Shown one piece after another: positions 1 to 9,447 of a stretch of 44,836 nucleotides of DNA. The DNA lies in the IMG/VR virus record IMGVR_UViG_3300031910_000015, positions 1 to 44,836 of that record. The stretch is one strand, 5' to 3'. The position numbers and the translations under genes were made by a program. Each line of letters opens with the position of its first letter. The first letter of the stretch is position 1. Origin of the DNA: a virus. Taxonomy: Duplodnaviria; Caudoviricetes. The notes below the pieces were generated by a model. It did not search any database. It was not told where the DNA came from and saw only the letters and a program-made list of their open reading frames with translations.

Positions 1-275
1 GGTTGCTCATGACTACACTCCTGTCGTAGCCGGTCACGTCCGCTGAAGGCGCTGATCTTCGTTTCCCCCAAGTTGCGGATATGCGGGTCATAGACCTCAG
101 CATCCCAACTGGGGCGGGACGTGGGGTTTGGTGTTGGGTTGTCCGACCCTACCTCTACGGCCCAATCCCCTTCTTCGACCTTGGGTTTGGTGTACCTGTA
201 TCGAATGCGTCCCGCCCCAGATTTGAAAGATTTAGCCACGGTCACCACATCCACATTCACAGGCCCGCCCCAGGC

Positions 276-587
276 TCATGAAAACTTCCCCTGCGAAGTC
301 TGGACTGCTCCCATTGCGCTGTAGTTGATCAAATCGAGGAGTAAATCCTCAAGCTTGTTTGCGACTGGATCGCCCTTCTCTGCCGCGATGGTGGACAGGT
401 GCTCGACGCGAGAGGTGATGTCGCGGATATGCATGACCTTGTCATTGACACCGTAGCGCGTCCAAGCTGAACCGTACACCTTCTCGCGCTCTAGCATCAG
501 GTTGAATGCCTTGAGCAGCGTCTGTAGGATGTACTGCTGCGGCATTGTTAGGTTCTCACCCTCGTCAACTTGGAATGTTATCCCCAT
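276..587 (-). CDS. DUF1599-like / nucleotide-modification-associated (Nmad1-like) protein
   Basis: Pattern YGSAW...V.HI.D..SRV..L...LED.LLDLINYS resembles DUF1599; adjacent to HAD and FAD-oxidoreductase genes. Confidence 0.65.
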   Translation of the reverse strand: MGITFQVDEGENLTMPQQYILQTLLKAFNLMLEREKVYGSAWTRYGVNDKVMHIRDITSRVEHLSTIAAEKGDPVANKLEDLLLDLINYSAMGAVQTSQGKFS

Positions 588-1257
588 GCTGCATCCTCCA
601 TCGGTTCGCTCGCTGCATGATTAGTCCGGGCAGGGCGTACATGTCAGAGACTCTATGCATCATGGCGTCCTGCGCCTCTGAGTTGTAAATTGAATCGACT
701 ATCACCGGCACATCCTCGCCGAAGATGACAGCTGCCGCGTCGTACATTTCAGCTAGGTCTTCAACGATCAGGATGACACGCTGCGGATCGACTAGCTCGC
801 GGAAGCGATCATACTTCAACTCATCGTAGATCATCCCACTGTACAAATCCTCGACTCCCAGCACCTTGTCGAGCCAGAAGCGTGTGTCGGGATCGATGTT
901 GTCGAGTCGCAGGTATGGCCGCGTCGTGGTGAACCAAATCTCACAGCCCTCTCTCGCGGCAGTGTGTACAGCCTCGACTGCGCCGGGGATGATCGGCATC
1001 GAGCGCTTCTGCGCACCCTGGCGATAAGCGAGCTTGATGTCCTGCCAGGTGCGGTAGTCGATATTGTACATCGCGTCCGCCCAAACATAGAACGGCGAGT
1101 CACCTTTGTAGATGTCGTAGCCGCAGCAGTGGTTACCTTCATAGTTGATGTACCGCTCCAGAAACCTGATGAAGTGAATATGAAAGTCTCCCAGCGTGCC
1201 ATCGATGTCGAACGCTACGACCGGCGTGACCGGCGCGCTACACTTGGAGCAGAGCAT
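565..1257 (-). CDS. HAD-superfamily phosphatase (5'-nucleotidase-like)
   Basis: Motif I VAFDIDGTL, motif II FTTTRP, motif IV IVED. Confidence 0.8.
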   Translation of the reverse strand: MLCSKCSAPVTPVVAFDIDGTLGDFHIHFIRFLERYINYEGNHCCGYDIYKGDSPFYVWADAMYNIDYRTWQDIKLAYRQGAQKRSMPIIPGAVEAVHTAAREGCEIWFTTTRPYLRLDNIDPDTRFWLDKVLGVEDLYSGMIYDELKYDRFRELVDPQRVILIVEDLAEMYDAAAVIFGEDVPVIVDSIYNSEAQDAMMHRVSDMYALPGLIMQRANRWRMQHGDNIPS

Positions 1258-2002
1258 CTTTCACCTGTTGGTAGACATGGTGCACTAGCACCCCTTTCTC
1301 CCATCGGCCCCAGCGACCGGCCCAGAGTACGCGAGGCCAGCAGTCGCAGTTGTTGCTAGTCGGCTTGATGCCGGCGTAGTAGTCATCATTCGGCGGACGC
1401 TGCGGGTACTCGATGGTGACGACGTTGTTGATCGTACTCTTGCGGTACCACGGGTCTTGGTGCATGCCGCTGTAGGTCATGACATTCGGGTGGATCGTGT
1501 CCCTGCCGAGTCGGCGCTGGCGAACGTAGATCGGCACTGAGTTGAATTCGTGATCCCGATAGCAAACGGCGGGCTTCGGCAGAGTTGCGATCACGAGGTC
1601 GAAGTGACGGATGATCTCATCCATCCTCAGAGGCGTAACCTCGCATTCCCTCACGTATCGCTTGTACCGAGCCCAGAGCCGGTCGTATGCTTCATCCATG
1701 TACCAGATGTTGTGGTCACCGGTACGGAACTGTGTCCAGCTAACCGGGTGCGCTGGGTCGCCGTACACCTTTGATGCGTAACCCTCAGGCAGGCCGCGCT
1801 TCTCAATCAGCAACTTGCCGTCTGGGAGCTTCGGCGTGACGCCAGGAATCGACTCGTGGATGTACATAGCTCCGGCCATGATGCTCTTCTTGATCTTATC
1901 GCTGATGATGGTGATCTTGTGCCCGTCCTGTCGGCAGGCGTGGGCTGCCAGCAATCCCGACGGCCCGCATCCAATGACACAGACCTTCACTTGCCGTTCC
2001 AC
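1238..2002 (-). CDS. FAD/NAD(P)-dependent oxidoreductase
   Basis: N-terminal Rossmann motif VIGCGPSGLLAA; C-terminal flavin-binding-like AGRWGRW. Confidence 0.8.
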   Translation of the reverse strand: MERQVKVCVIGCGPSGLLAAHACRQDGHKITIISDKIKKSIMAGAMYIHESIPGVTPKLPDGKLLIEKRGLPEGYASKVYGDPAHPVSWTQFRTGDHNIWYMDEAYDRLWARYKRYVRECEVTPLRMDEIIRHFDLVIATLPKPAVCYRDHEFNSVPIYVRQRRLGRDTIHPNVMTYSGMHQDPWYRKSTINNVVTIEYPQRPPNDDYYAGIKPTSNNCDCWPRVLWAGRWGRWEKGVLVHHVYQQVKDALLQV

Positions 2003-2223
2003 CCCGCGTTCGCTCGCCGGTGGATAGCTTCCGCCGTGTTCGCCGCGTTGAGTTCGGCTCGCTCCTTGACCTGCTCAGGCGTCATCACGCGACGTGTATC
2101 CATCTGGATCGGGCCGGTGTTCCTGAGACGTACAGCCTTTTGTCCAATCTTATCCGGCGACAACGGCTTAGTCATCGCCGTCACCGCCAGCCAAAGCCTC
2201 ACGGGCGCGAACCTCAATCTCAT
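1987..2223 (-). CDS. hypothetical protein (start uncertain, possibly MTKPLS)
   Basis: Fills the gap in a tightly packed minus-strand operon. Confidence 0.5.
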   Translation of the reverse strand: MRLRFAPVRLWLAVTAMTKPLSPDKIGQKAVRLRNTGPIQMDTRRVMTPEQVKERAELNAANTAEAIHRRANAGWNGK

Positions 2224-2551
2224 TCAGACATGACAGACGCGTTTCTTCGTCAACATGCCGAGAACTCTGGGCCATTACGGCAATCGCTTGACAGGAGTGG
2301 AGCACCTTCTCTAGCTCGGCCACGCGGGCAGCCAACCGGAGACTGTTCGCGCACTCATCCGACAGCGCCTTCTCTAATCCCCGCACACGCTGAGCTTGAA
2401 CGCGAACGCGGGTCAGTTCGGCGGTGAGCCGGGCAACCTCGCCGCGAAGCTCCACGGCCAGAGAGCGCGGGACGAAATCGGGATTGATCGTGTGCTTTAG
2501 TTCCCAGTCGATTTCTTTGAGGCGTGCCGGCGACAACGGCTCATTCGTCAC
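2168..2551 (-). CDS. hypothetical coiled-coil protein
   Basis: Heptad-like segment LRGEVARLTAEL...VAELEKVL; overlaps neighbouring genes. Confidence 0.55.
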   Translation of the reverse strand: MTNEPLSPARLKEIDWELKHTINPDFVPRSLAVELRGEVARLTAELTRVRVQAQRVRGLEKALSDECANSLRLAARVAELEKVLHSCQAIAVMAQSSRHVDEETRLSCLNEIEVRAREALAGGDGDD

Positions 2552-2867
2552 GGCTCGCCGCCTCGAACAGTTGCTCGTCCGACGGATTCATGTCGAACTC
2601 GCGCAGAACTAGATCGCGCCCGCTGATGCCGAGCGCAGTGCCGTCGGTGAACGTCACGACGATGCTCCGCTTGTCCCAGCCGGCATGATCGACGGTACGC
2701 ACGGATGCTACGACTCGATTCAGGAACTTGTGATTCGCGAGTATTTGCTCCTCGATCTTTTGAGCGAACAGGTCGGTCATGAGGGATTCTTGATCCTCTT
2801 CATGCCAAATGCGGCCACCCGGCTTCTCAGGCAGTTGACTAGGCTTATCAGGTAGATTACTCACCAC
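2541..2867 (-). CDS. hypothetical protein
   Basis: GGAGG upstream of GTG; overlaps the end of the helicase gene. Confidence 0.55.
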   Translation of the reverse strand: MVSNLPDKPSQLPEKPGGRIWHEEDQESLMTDLFAQKIEEQILANHKFLNRVVASVRTVDHAGWDKRSIVVTFTDGTALGISGRDLVLREFDMNPSDEQLFEAASRDE

Positions 2868-5629
2868 TTCACCTCCCGTAGTAGCTTGTGTAGAGTTGGC
2901 TCGACCAGGATGTCTCCCTTCACCTTGCGTACCATGCGTGCGTCCCAGAGCTTGGTGATTACAGCATTGGCCTCCTCTCGTGTCATATCCATGACCTCCT
3001 CGATGTCCTGCCGACGGAACGATCCGTTGATCCTCATGAACTGCGCGAGGCCGCGCATGTCGAGTAGGAACGTCCGGATGGTCTGTCGGCTACGCTGCGC
3101 CTGCTCGCGGTTGCGGTCTGCCTCCTCGGAGCGCTCGCGGTAGCCGAATTGATCCATCGAGTAGATGTGATTGATGAAGCGCACGGTCGTCGATACATGC
3201 TGAGGCGTCACGATGACTTGCTGACATTCCTCGTCGGTCGAGAATAGGCGTGCAGCAAGAGCCACCGAAAGTCTTGCAATTTTCTCGCGGACATCTGCCG
3301 CCTGTATCAGTGGTGGATCCTCGATGTAGCTCCGTCCTAGTTCGCTCGCGGCGCGTAGTACGGCAGCCTCAGCCCCGTCCATCCAGACTACTTGATCCGG
3401 TCGGCGCGTCCAGCACCAGAGGAGTAGCTGATGGCTTAGCTCGCTCGTGTAGGGTAGATCGCTTGTCTCATACGTGACGTTGTACTCTTCAACCGGGACA
3501 TCATGCATCGTGACCGCCATTGCAAGATCGAAACGAGCGATGTCTTCAACATTTCCGATGAGAGGGCGCAAAGCGTCCACTCCGTACGTGTATTGTCCCA
3601 TATGCCCACCATCACGTGGGTTGGCGAGCCACAGCATGCGAGTACGAGCATGGGTGACTTCTTGCTGAATCTTGCTAAGACGTACAATCCCCGATGCCCG
3701 CAGGTCGGACATGTGTGATATATCCTCGTGTGTAAGTCCGGTGACCTCATCTACGACCACGGCCCGTCGGTCGTTGAGAGGGATGACGCCCCAGGTGACG
3801 ATCCAGTCTCGTCCATTGAGTTGCTGAAGCCCTCCAACAAGTCCTGCATAGCTCGCCGACTCTCCACCGACCATTTCGCCCGCACCAACGTGGCGAAGTA
3901 TCTGTGAAGCGGCTTCGGACTTGCCGGTTCGAGTGTCACCGTAAACGATACTCTGCACCCACCCGCGACGAATGAGCTTCTTATTGAATCGGAAGGATAG
4001 GATCGAGTGAAGCGTGAGATCAAATATCGCATGCATTTCCCATCTGCCGATGATGCGGGTAACGTGCTGCCCCATCGCTTCGGCTATCTCTTTGAGCTTG
4101 CTCGCTGGTGAGCGCCCGTTCGCTTGGAAGATCGTCAGGGCCTGCGCAGCCTCTCCACTGAGTTGGAAGCTATCGAGGGAGGTATCGACTGGGGCCAAGT
4201 TCCAGCTAAGGAATTCATTAGCTTGAGAGCGCGGGTTAGGGTGTAGGGCTCCAGTGGCAAGGACAGTATTGTTTGGCATGGTGTCGTGTCGGCCCACCGA
4301 CGTGATCCGAATAGTCTTGTACGCCCCCGCTTCCGTCCCGTCAACATGATCAAGACTTGGACGGGCATATAGCACCTCCACACTTTGATGCTCGCTTACC
4401 TCGATGTTGAGCTTGTTGCATTTCATCGCTCCGTACTCTTGCCGTATCTGGTCGAGTACGGTCGCGATAGGAGAATCAATCAGGGCCAGAATCGCCGGAC
4501 TGTCAGGTGAGATCGTCACATCGGCCACGCCGGTAGCCTTCAGAGGGCAGAAAGCGCACTTGGGCCCCGCGTCGCGAGTACAGCTAAGTTGCGCTGTCTT
4601 CGGAATCGTGTACCCAGGTTCTTTCTTGCCCTTCACGGTGACGACAAGCTTGACAGGCTTCGCGATACGTTGCGCCGCGAAGCTGTCAAGTACCGTGACA
4701 GTTTCTGGCCCTGATTCATCGGCCCGTTTGCCGAGCGGTTTCGCCTCGCGCAGCAGAGCCTCAAATTCCTCTTTGGTGTGTTCCTTCCAGAAGTCAGTTA
4801 GGTCTTGGCCGTGTTTGTCCAGAACAGGATAAGGCAAAGATACCACGAAACAACTAGCACGGCGACCCAGATGACGTCCCACCAGCCGATTGCCAGATAC
4901 GCCAGTAGCATCGCTATCGTGGCAGATGTACACGCGCTTGCCAGCAAAGAGTTCGTTCCAAGCCGGATGCCAAACCTTCGCGGCGGCGGTGCGGGTGATG
5001 GCGGGATAGCCCGCTTGGATGGTGGCGAGTGCATCTAGTTCTCCCTCACAGACGACGATGGTCTCATGCTCTAGCTGATCGATGGGATAGAGACGTGGCT
5101 CGTTGCTACCCGTCACGCCCCAAATCTTGCGCCTGCCTGGTCGAGGCGTCGGTGTGTAGAAGCGGACGTTGAGCAATTCGCCCTCTTGCCCGCGAATCGG
5201 GATCGTGTATGTCTTGCGGTCGCGGCGCCAACCTATCTCGTAGCGTTGTAGCGTATCGGCCGTCAACCCGCGTCGAGCGCTGATGTCGTCGAGCGCTGCT
5301 TTCGAGTCCAGCAAGTTCTGCGCCCAGGCGGCCACCATCGCTTCCGTGACCGTTTCCATCGCTCCGTTATGCCCCCTGGGGTGGTAACCGTTGCGGACTG
5401 CGCCGGGGTTCGGTGGCACCCACTTGGCGCGTGCTTTGATTAGGTCGGTGATCGAACCACCGCCGCAGCCCGCCTGGCAGAACCATACGCCGTCATAAAC
5501 GTTGAGGCTTGCACTGCGCGTCGAGTCGTGGTGGAGCGGACAGTACAAGTCCCATTCTCCATCTGGCTTCGGGCTGGCCCCTAGCAGATAGGGCCGCAAT
5601 TGCCTCAGCTGAGCGTTCGTGATCGGCAT
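2861..5629 (-). CDS. primase-helicase: CHC2 Zn finger + TOPRIM + MCM-like AAA+ helicase
   Basis: CPLHHD..CQAGC zinc finger; VCEGELD and CHDSD TOPRIM motifs; internal C4-like site; Walker A GDTRTGKS; GLVGG; Walker B VVVDE; LANP; ARFD. Start moved to MPITN (GAGG SD). Confidence 0.85.
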   Translation of the reverse strand: MPITNAQLRQLRPYLLGASPKPDGEWDLYCPLHHDSTRSASLNVYDGVWFCQAGCGGGSITDLIKARAKWVPPNPGAVRNGYHPRGHNGAMETVTEAMVAAWAQNLLDSKAALDDISARRGLTADTLQRYEIGWRRDRKTYTIPIRGQEGELLNVRFYTPTPRPGRRKIWGVTGSNEPRLYPIDQLEHETIVVCEGELDALATIQAGYPAITRTAAAKVWHPAWNELFAGKRVYICHDSDATGVSGNRLVGRHLGRRASCFVVSLPYPVLDKHGQDLTDFWKEHTKEEFEALLREAKPLGKRADESGPETVTVLDSFAAQRIAKPVKLVVTVKGKKEPGYTIPKTAQLSCTRDAGPKCAFCPLKATGVADVTISPDSPAILALIDSPIATVLDQIRQEYGAMKCNKLNIEVSEHQSVEVLYARPSLDHVDGTEAGAYKTIRITSVGRHDTMPNNTVLATGALHPNPRSQANEFLSWNLAPVDTSLDSFQLSGEAAQALTIFQANGRSPASKLKEIAEAMGQHVTRIIGRWEMHAIFDLTLHSILSFRFNKKLIRRGWVQSIVYGDTRTGKSEAASQILRHVGAGEMVGGESASYAGLVGGLQQLNGRDWIVTWGVIPLNDRRAVVVDEVTGLTHEDISHMSDLRASGIVRLSKIQQEVTHARTRMLWLANPRDGGHMGQYTYGVDALRPLIGNVEDIARFDLAMAVTMHDVPVEEYNVTYETSDLPYTSELSHQLLLWCWTRRPDQVVWMDGAEAAVLRAASELGRSYIEDPPLIQAADVREKIARLSVALAARLFSTDEECQQVIVTPQHVSTTVRFINHIYSMDQFGYRERSEEADRNREQAQRSRQTIRTFLLDMRGLAQFMRINGSFRRQDIEEVMDMTREEANAVITKLWDARMVRKVKGDILVEPTLHKLLREVKW

Positions 5630-5633
5630 AGCC

Positions 5634-5924
5634 TCAGCTAGATGACTTCCCAACGCCGAGCAGATCGTACATTGCTCGTCGGACACCTCTCATATGCCGC
5701 AAGAACTCGCGCGGCTCGACACGGCAGTCGTTGGCCGTGTACTCTTTGACGAGATCACGGATCGGGTCGTCATCCTCGTCTAGCCCGAGCGTCCACCACA
5801 CAACACGACGGTTCGGGCCGCGATCCCGTAGCTCCATGCTGGTCGTGTAGCCCTTCATGGAGAGCAGAGTCGCGAAGCACAGGTCGTCCGTGCGTAATGA
5901 GAAGTCATCTAGCTTGATTGGCAT
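5634..5924 (-). CDS. DUF5659-like protein
   Basis: TDDLCFATLLSMKGY resembles the DUF5659 N-terminus. Confidence 0.5.
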   Translation of the reverse strand: MPIKLDDFSLRTDDLCFATLLSMKGYTTSMELRDRGPNRRVVWWTLGLDEDDDPIRDLVKEYTANDCRVEPREFLRHMRGVRRAMYDLLGVGKSSS

Positions 5925-5927
5925 GTG

Positions 5928-6173
5928 CTACCCGAAGGTGACGGTGCCTTCGTCCAGCACCGTGCCATCTTCGGCCTCGATGACGACGTTGTCCTCGCCC
6001 TCGTAGCCGGTCGCGACAGTGACGACAAAGCTGCCGTCATTGACGCCGGTGTACTCGGACTTGTCGCCGTCTGCGTTGTTGTGGAACCGGGCGATGATGT
6101 GACCTTCTCCGTTGCCCTTGTCGTACGTGATGTCGTAGATGTCGCGGTTCGCGACCTTTGTCGCCTGTACCAT
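5928..6173 (-). CDS. hypothetical acidic beta-rich protein
   Basis: TGATG overlap with the SSB stop codon. Confidence 0.6.
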   Translation of the reverse strand: MVQATKVANRDIYDITYDKGNGEGHIIARFHNNADGDKSEYTGVNDGSFVVTVATGYEGEDNVVIEAEDGTVLDEGTVTFG

Positions 6174-6961
6174 CAGAAAGGCTCCTCTTGGTCGTTTTCG
6201 CGGAGTGCCGCGATTGCCTTGGCCTTGGTGACCGGCGATGCTACTTCGAGGCTCCGGTTACCAATCTCCTCCTTCAGTTCGGCCAGCTTCCACTGGTCGT
6301 AGTCATCCTCCTCTCCAGATGCCTCCTCCCCGGCATCTTCTTCTTCCTCCTCCTCTTCTGCCGGCTCCATGTCCGGCATGGCTTCACGAATCTTCGCGCG
6401 GAGGTCATCGTCGGTGTCGTTCTTGAGTACCTTGACGCCGGCAGACTCGCGAAGATCGTTGTCCTTGATGAACGCCTTCAGTTCGTCTCGATCCATCGCG
6501 TCGAGGTCAACTGAGCCGTCATCTTCCTCTTCTGGCTCCTCTTCTGGCTCCTCCTCAGGCTCCTCGTCCTCAGGCTCTGCCTCAGCCTTGGACGCCTTGA
6601 GCTTGAGGATGGTGCCGACCTTCGAGCGGGGCTCGCCATCGTACGTGTCCGGGTTCAGCTTGATGCGAACCTTCTTGCCCTCAAGCTTCGCCGTGTCGAG
6701 CGTGCCCTTGTCCTTGAGGCCCAAGGCGTTCGTGAACTCCTTGAGCTTCCAGGCCGCGTTCTCGCCCAGGCCGATGTACGTGTGCTTCCGTACAAAGTCG
6801 CCTCCGAGGTCGAACGTGACATGGATGTCGTTCGCAGGCGACCCATCTGCCTTCTCGGATCGCTGCTCCGCTGCGACGATTGTCGCCTCGTAGATGCCGG
6901 GCGGTGGATCCTCTCCACCAGCGCCCTCGACACCCGAGACGTCATATGCGATGCGTGTCAT
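6173..6961 (-). CDS. DUF669-like single-stranded DNA-binding protein with acidic linkers and C-terminal helical domains
   Basis: PPGIYEATIV, AAWKLKEF..ALGL, LEGKKVRI; acidic C-terminus EEPF; follows an AAA_24 ATPase. Confidence 0.75.
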   Translation of the reverse strand: MTRIAYDVSGVEGAGGEDPPPGIYEATIVAAEQRSEKADGSPANDIHVTFDLGGDFVRKHTYIGLGENAAWKLKEFTNALGLKDKGTLDTAKLEGKKVRIKLNPDTYDGEPRSKVGTILKLKASKAEAEPEDEEPEEEPEEEPEEEDDGSVDLDAMDRDELKAFIKDNDLRESAGVKVLKNDTDDDLRAKIREAMPDMEPAEEEEEEEDAGEEASGEEDDYDQWKLAELKEEIGNRSLEVASPVTKAKAIAALRENDQEEPF

Positions 6962-7755
6962 GTAGCAGTTCTCCTTGTTCTCCGTCGAACCATGGGACGC
7001 ACGTTGGCCTGTTTCGCCTTGCGCGCCGCGTCTGCTGCCATTGCTACTGAAGGCAGCGTCGGGTTGATGACGAACCCTTTGGGGAACGCACCAAGCCCAT
7101 CCTTCGCGTAGAAGTTCTCAGTGCCGTGGAACGACATCTTGCGGTATAGGCTGCCCCCTTCCTTTCGTTTGTGGACTGTCATGTAGGCCACGAGGCTCAT
7201 CATACCGCAGAGCTTCTGGGGCATTGACTTCCCCTGGATCCACGGCATGAGCTTCGTGACGTCATCCCCTTCACCTTGGTTCTCACGGAACGTCGCCCAG
7301 AACGGATGGGCAGTGAAACCGAAGTTGAAGGTATCGTTGCCGATCATGTATCGCACCCATTCCGAGATACGTCCCATGTTGATGCGATACTCGCCTCGGT
7401 CGTAGAAGGCTTTGAGCCGATGCGGATTCTGAGCTATAACGCCTTGCCAGATGTCGTCCATGCCGACATCCTGCCAGAGTGAGACGCTGTCTAGCCAGAT
7501 CCACTCGTACTCTTTGCCACCTTCATGCCGGGCGAACTCCTGCACTTCCAGCATGTCGTCCCAAGAGTGCACGACCCATTCGTCCGCTCCCGATCCGACG
7601 ATTGAATCAGTATGGTCGATGGGAGGCCGAACGATCAGTGTGCCCTTGCCGAACGATCCGGCGAACGTCGTCTTGCCGCAGCCGGGATCGCCGTACAAAC
7701 CGATGAACGTATGCTTCGACTCTTTGATGGGACGGATTTGCGCAGGTTTCGCCAT
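6958..7755 (-). CDS. Sak4-like (AAA_24) recombination ATPase
   Basis: Walker A YGDPGCGKTT, IWLDSVS, FTAH, YAKD. Confidence 0.8.
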   Translation of the reverse strand: MAKPAQIRPIKESKHTFIGLYGDPGCGKTTFAGSFGKGTLIVRPPIDHTDSIVGSGADEWVVHSWDDMLEVQEFARHEGGKEYEWIWLDSVSLWQDVGMDDIWQGVIAQNPHRLKAFYDRGEYRINMGRISEWVRYMIGNDTFNFGFTAHPFWATFRENQGEGDDVTKLMPWIQGKSMPQKLCGMMSLVAYMTVHKRKEGGSLYRKMSFHGTENFYAKDGLGAFPKGFVINPTLPSVAMAADAARKAKQANVRPMVRRRTRRTAT

Positions 7756-7761
7756 GGCTTC

Positions 7762-8151
7762 CTAGCTCGGCAGCTGCGTTGCCTCCGGCGGCGCGTCGGC
7801 GGGCGGTGTGTCCGCAGGCGGCTGGTCGGGTTGGCCGTTGGCAGCAGTGCCGGTGATCGCGTCGGCCGCTGCCTTGACCTTGTCGGTCGCGGAGACGACG
7901 GCTGCCGATTCGTCGGTCAGGTCGGGATGCGACGCAACGTGATCGTTGACGGCGGCGATCAGTTCGTCGATGGCCGCGTTGAGATCGCTGAGTTGCTGAT
8001 CGAATGTCGCTTCGTCCACCAACTGGGATACCTCCTCGGTGAGAGTGACAAGTTGCTGGTGAATCTGGCGCAACTGCGCCGTATTGATGAGAGCCCAGAT
8101 AGCTGGCCCCCTTTCTGTAGTTGGGACGGTGGGATTGATCACCTCCTTCAT
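7762..8151 (-). CDS. hypothetical coiled-coil protein with Pro-rich tail
   Basis: ATGA overlap with the 8148-8390 stop gives start MKEVIN. Confidence 0.6.
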   Translation of the reverse strand: MKEVINPTVPTTERGPAIWALINTAQLRQIHQQLVTLTEEVSQLVDEATFDQQLSDLNAAIDELIAAVNDHVASHPDLTDESAAVVSATDKVKAAADAITGTAANGQPDQPPADTPPADAPPEATQLPS

Positions 8152-8390
8152 GGGCCTGCCTTCGCTTCGAGCGCGGACACTCGCGCCTCCAGGTTGGATT
8201 CGGCTTCTGCCGCAGTCTGATCGACGCGCTGAAGCTCGATGATCTGTGCCGTCAGGGAAGCCACGTTGCCTTGGAGTCGCTTGATCTGCTTCTCCATCTT
8301 GATTGGCGGTGGCGGCGCACTGTCGGCTACCGCGAGCCAGAACGACCCGGCTATCGCCGCAGCGATCAAAAGTGGGATCCAGAATCTCAT
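8148..8390 (-). CDS. membrane-anchored coiled-coil protein
   Basis: N-terminal hydrophobic helix, then a coiled coil; AGGAGG SD. Confidence 0.65.
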   Translation of the reverse strand: MRFWIPLLIAAAIAGSFWLAVADSAPPPPIKMEKQIKRLQGNVASLTAQIIELQRVDQTAAEAESNLEARVSALEAKAGP

Positions 8391-8416
8391 CTATGCCCCT
8401 CCTGGCGAGGTAACAA

Positions 8417-9046
8417 TCAATTTTCACACCTACTGGGCAATTCTAGGATCGCTTCGCGGTAGGTGCACAGAAAATCCTCGACCATATCTGCCGGCTTGTG
8501 TCGGAGTGGCTTCGGTAGGTAGTGCATCGGAATCTTGCGCTTGCGCTGGATAAGTTCGTTCTTGACGTATCCGCGCTTGACGAGCGCTTCCAGTCCTGCC
8601 TCGACGCCCGCGTGGATGTACAGCTGACGTGGCTCGACACCGAGCGCTTCGCCCAATCGGACAGCTGTATCGTAGACGGTCATCAATCCGATGCCGGAAA
8701 TACGCCATGACCAGAGGTATTCATACAACTGGTCGAACGTCTCGACATGGAGCATGATCGTCTGGCGCTCTTTCGTCCGCAGCTGATGCCACCAGACGGG
8801 CAGAATCTTGGCCTGTTTCGATTGGTGATTGTGCATCTTGCCGTTCGGGCGGCGAGCTAGAACAGCGCGGCTGATCGCCTGGTCAAATGATGTAGCCTCA
8901 TAGCAGTAGCGCGGGATGTCATCTTTGTACTTTGCGACCATCGAGTCAGGATTGTCGCGGCGCTCCTCGAAATCGCGCCAGAGCCCAAGTAGCGTGCTGG
9001 TGTCTTCGACCGGCGGGATGTTGGCCCATTCCCGGCTGATCTTCAT
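8417..9046 (-). CDS. helix-hairpin-helix DNA glycosylase-fold-like protein
   Basis: ISGIGLMTVYD (HhH-like), LYIHAG, VEDFLC. Confidence 0.5.
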   Translation of the reverse strand: MKISREWANIPPVEDTSTLLGLWRDFEERRDNPDSMVAKYKDDIPRYCYEATSFDQAISRAVLARRPNGKMHNHQSKQAKILPVWWHQLRTKERQTIMLHVETFDQLYEYLWSWRISGIGLMTVYDTAVRLGEALGVEPRQLYIHAGVEAGLEALVKRGYVKNELIQRKRKIPMHYLPKPLRHKPADMVEDFLCTYREAILELPSRCEN

Positions 9047-9447
9047 CCCTTTGCTCCCGGTGGCGCCCAGCGGCAGTTGCTAGGCTCGTAGTCGCCGTCA
9101 TGGTCAATCCGATGAAGATGCGTATTCTCCGGTCGATACCCCATGTCAGCGAGAAAGTTGGCATAGGTACGCCATCGGTCACAGACGCGGATTCCGCGAG
9201 CGCCGTATTGGGCATATCCGCGAGCGTTCGGATTGGTACAGCGTGTCAGCATGTTATCCCAACTGCGATGTGTCCGGAGCCACGCTGGATGACTCTTGTC
9301 TAGGTACTGGCCTGGTGGTGACGACTTATTGTGGCCATTGAGGAAGCGGTTGTAGTGTCCCGGTCTACTGCGGTTGATGCCAACCGGACGACCGCATCCA
9401 CATTCGCAGGTTGGTCTAGCGGCCTTCGTAGATTTCGTGCTCTGCAT
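9043..9447 (-). CDS. HNH homing-endonuclease-like protein with N-terminal CECGCG motif
   Basis: RCTNPN..Y..YGARGIRVCDRW..F.ADMG..P....RID..GDYEPSNCRWA; start uncertain. Confidence 0.8.
   Translation of the reverse strand: MQSTKSTKAARPTCECGCGRPVGINRSRPGHYNRFLNGHNKSSPPGQYLDKSHPAWLRTHRSWDNMLTRCTNPNARGYAQYGARGIRVCDRWRTYANFLADMGYRPENTHLHRIDHDGDYEPSNCRWAPPGAKG

Noticed and set aside
6525-6575. 12-bp tandem repeats in the SSB gene
   Set aside because: They simply encode the EPEE acidic linker
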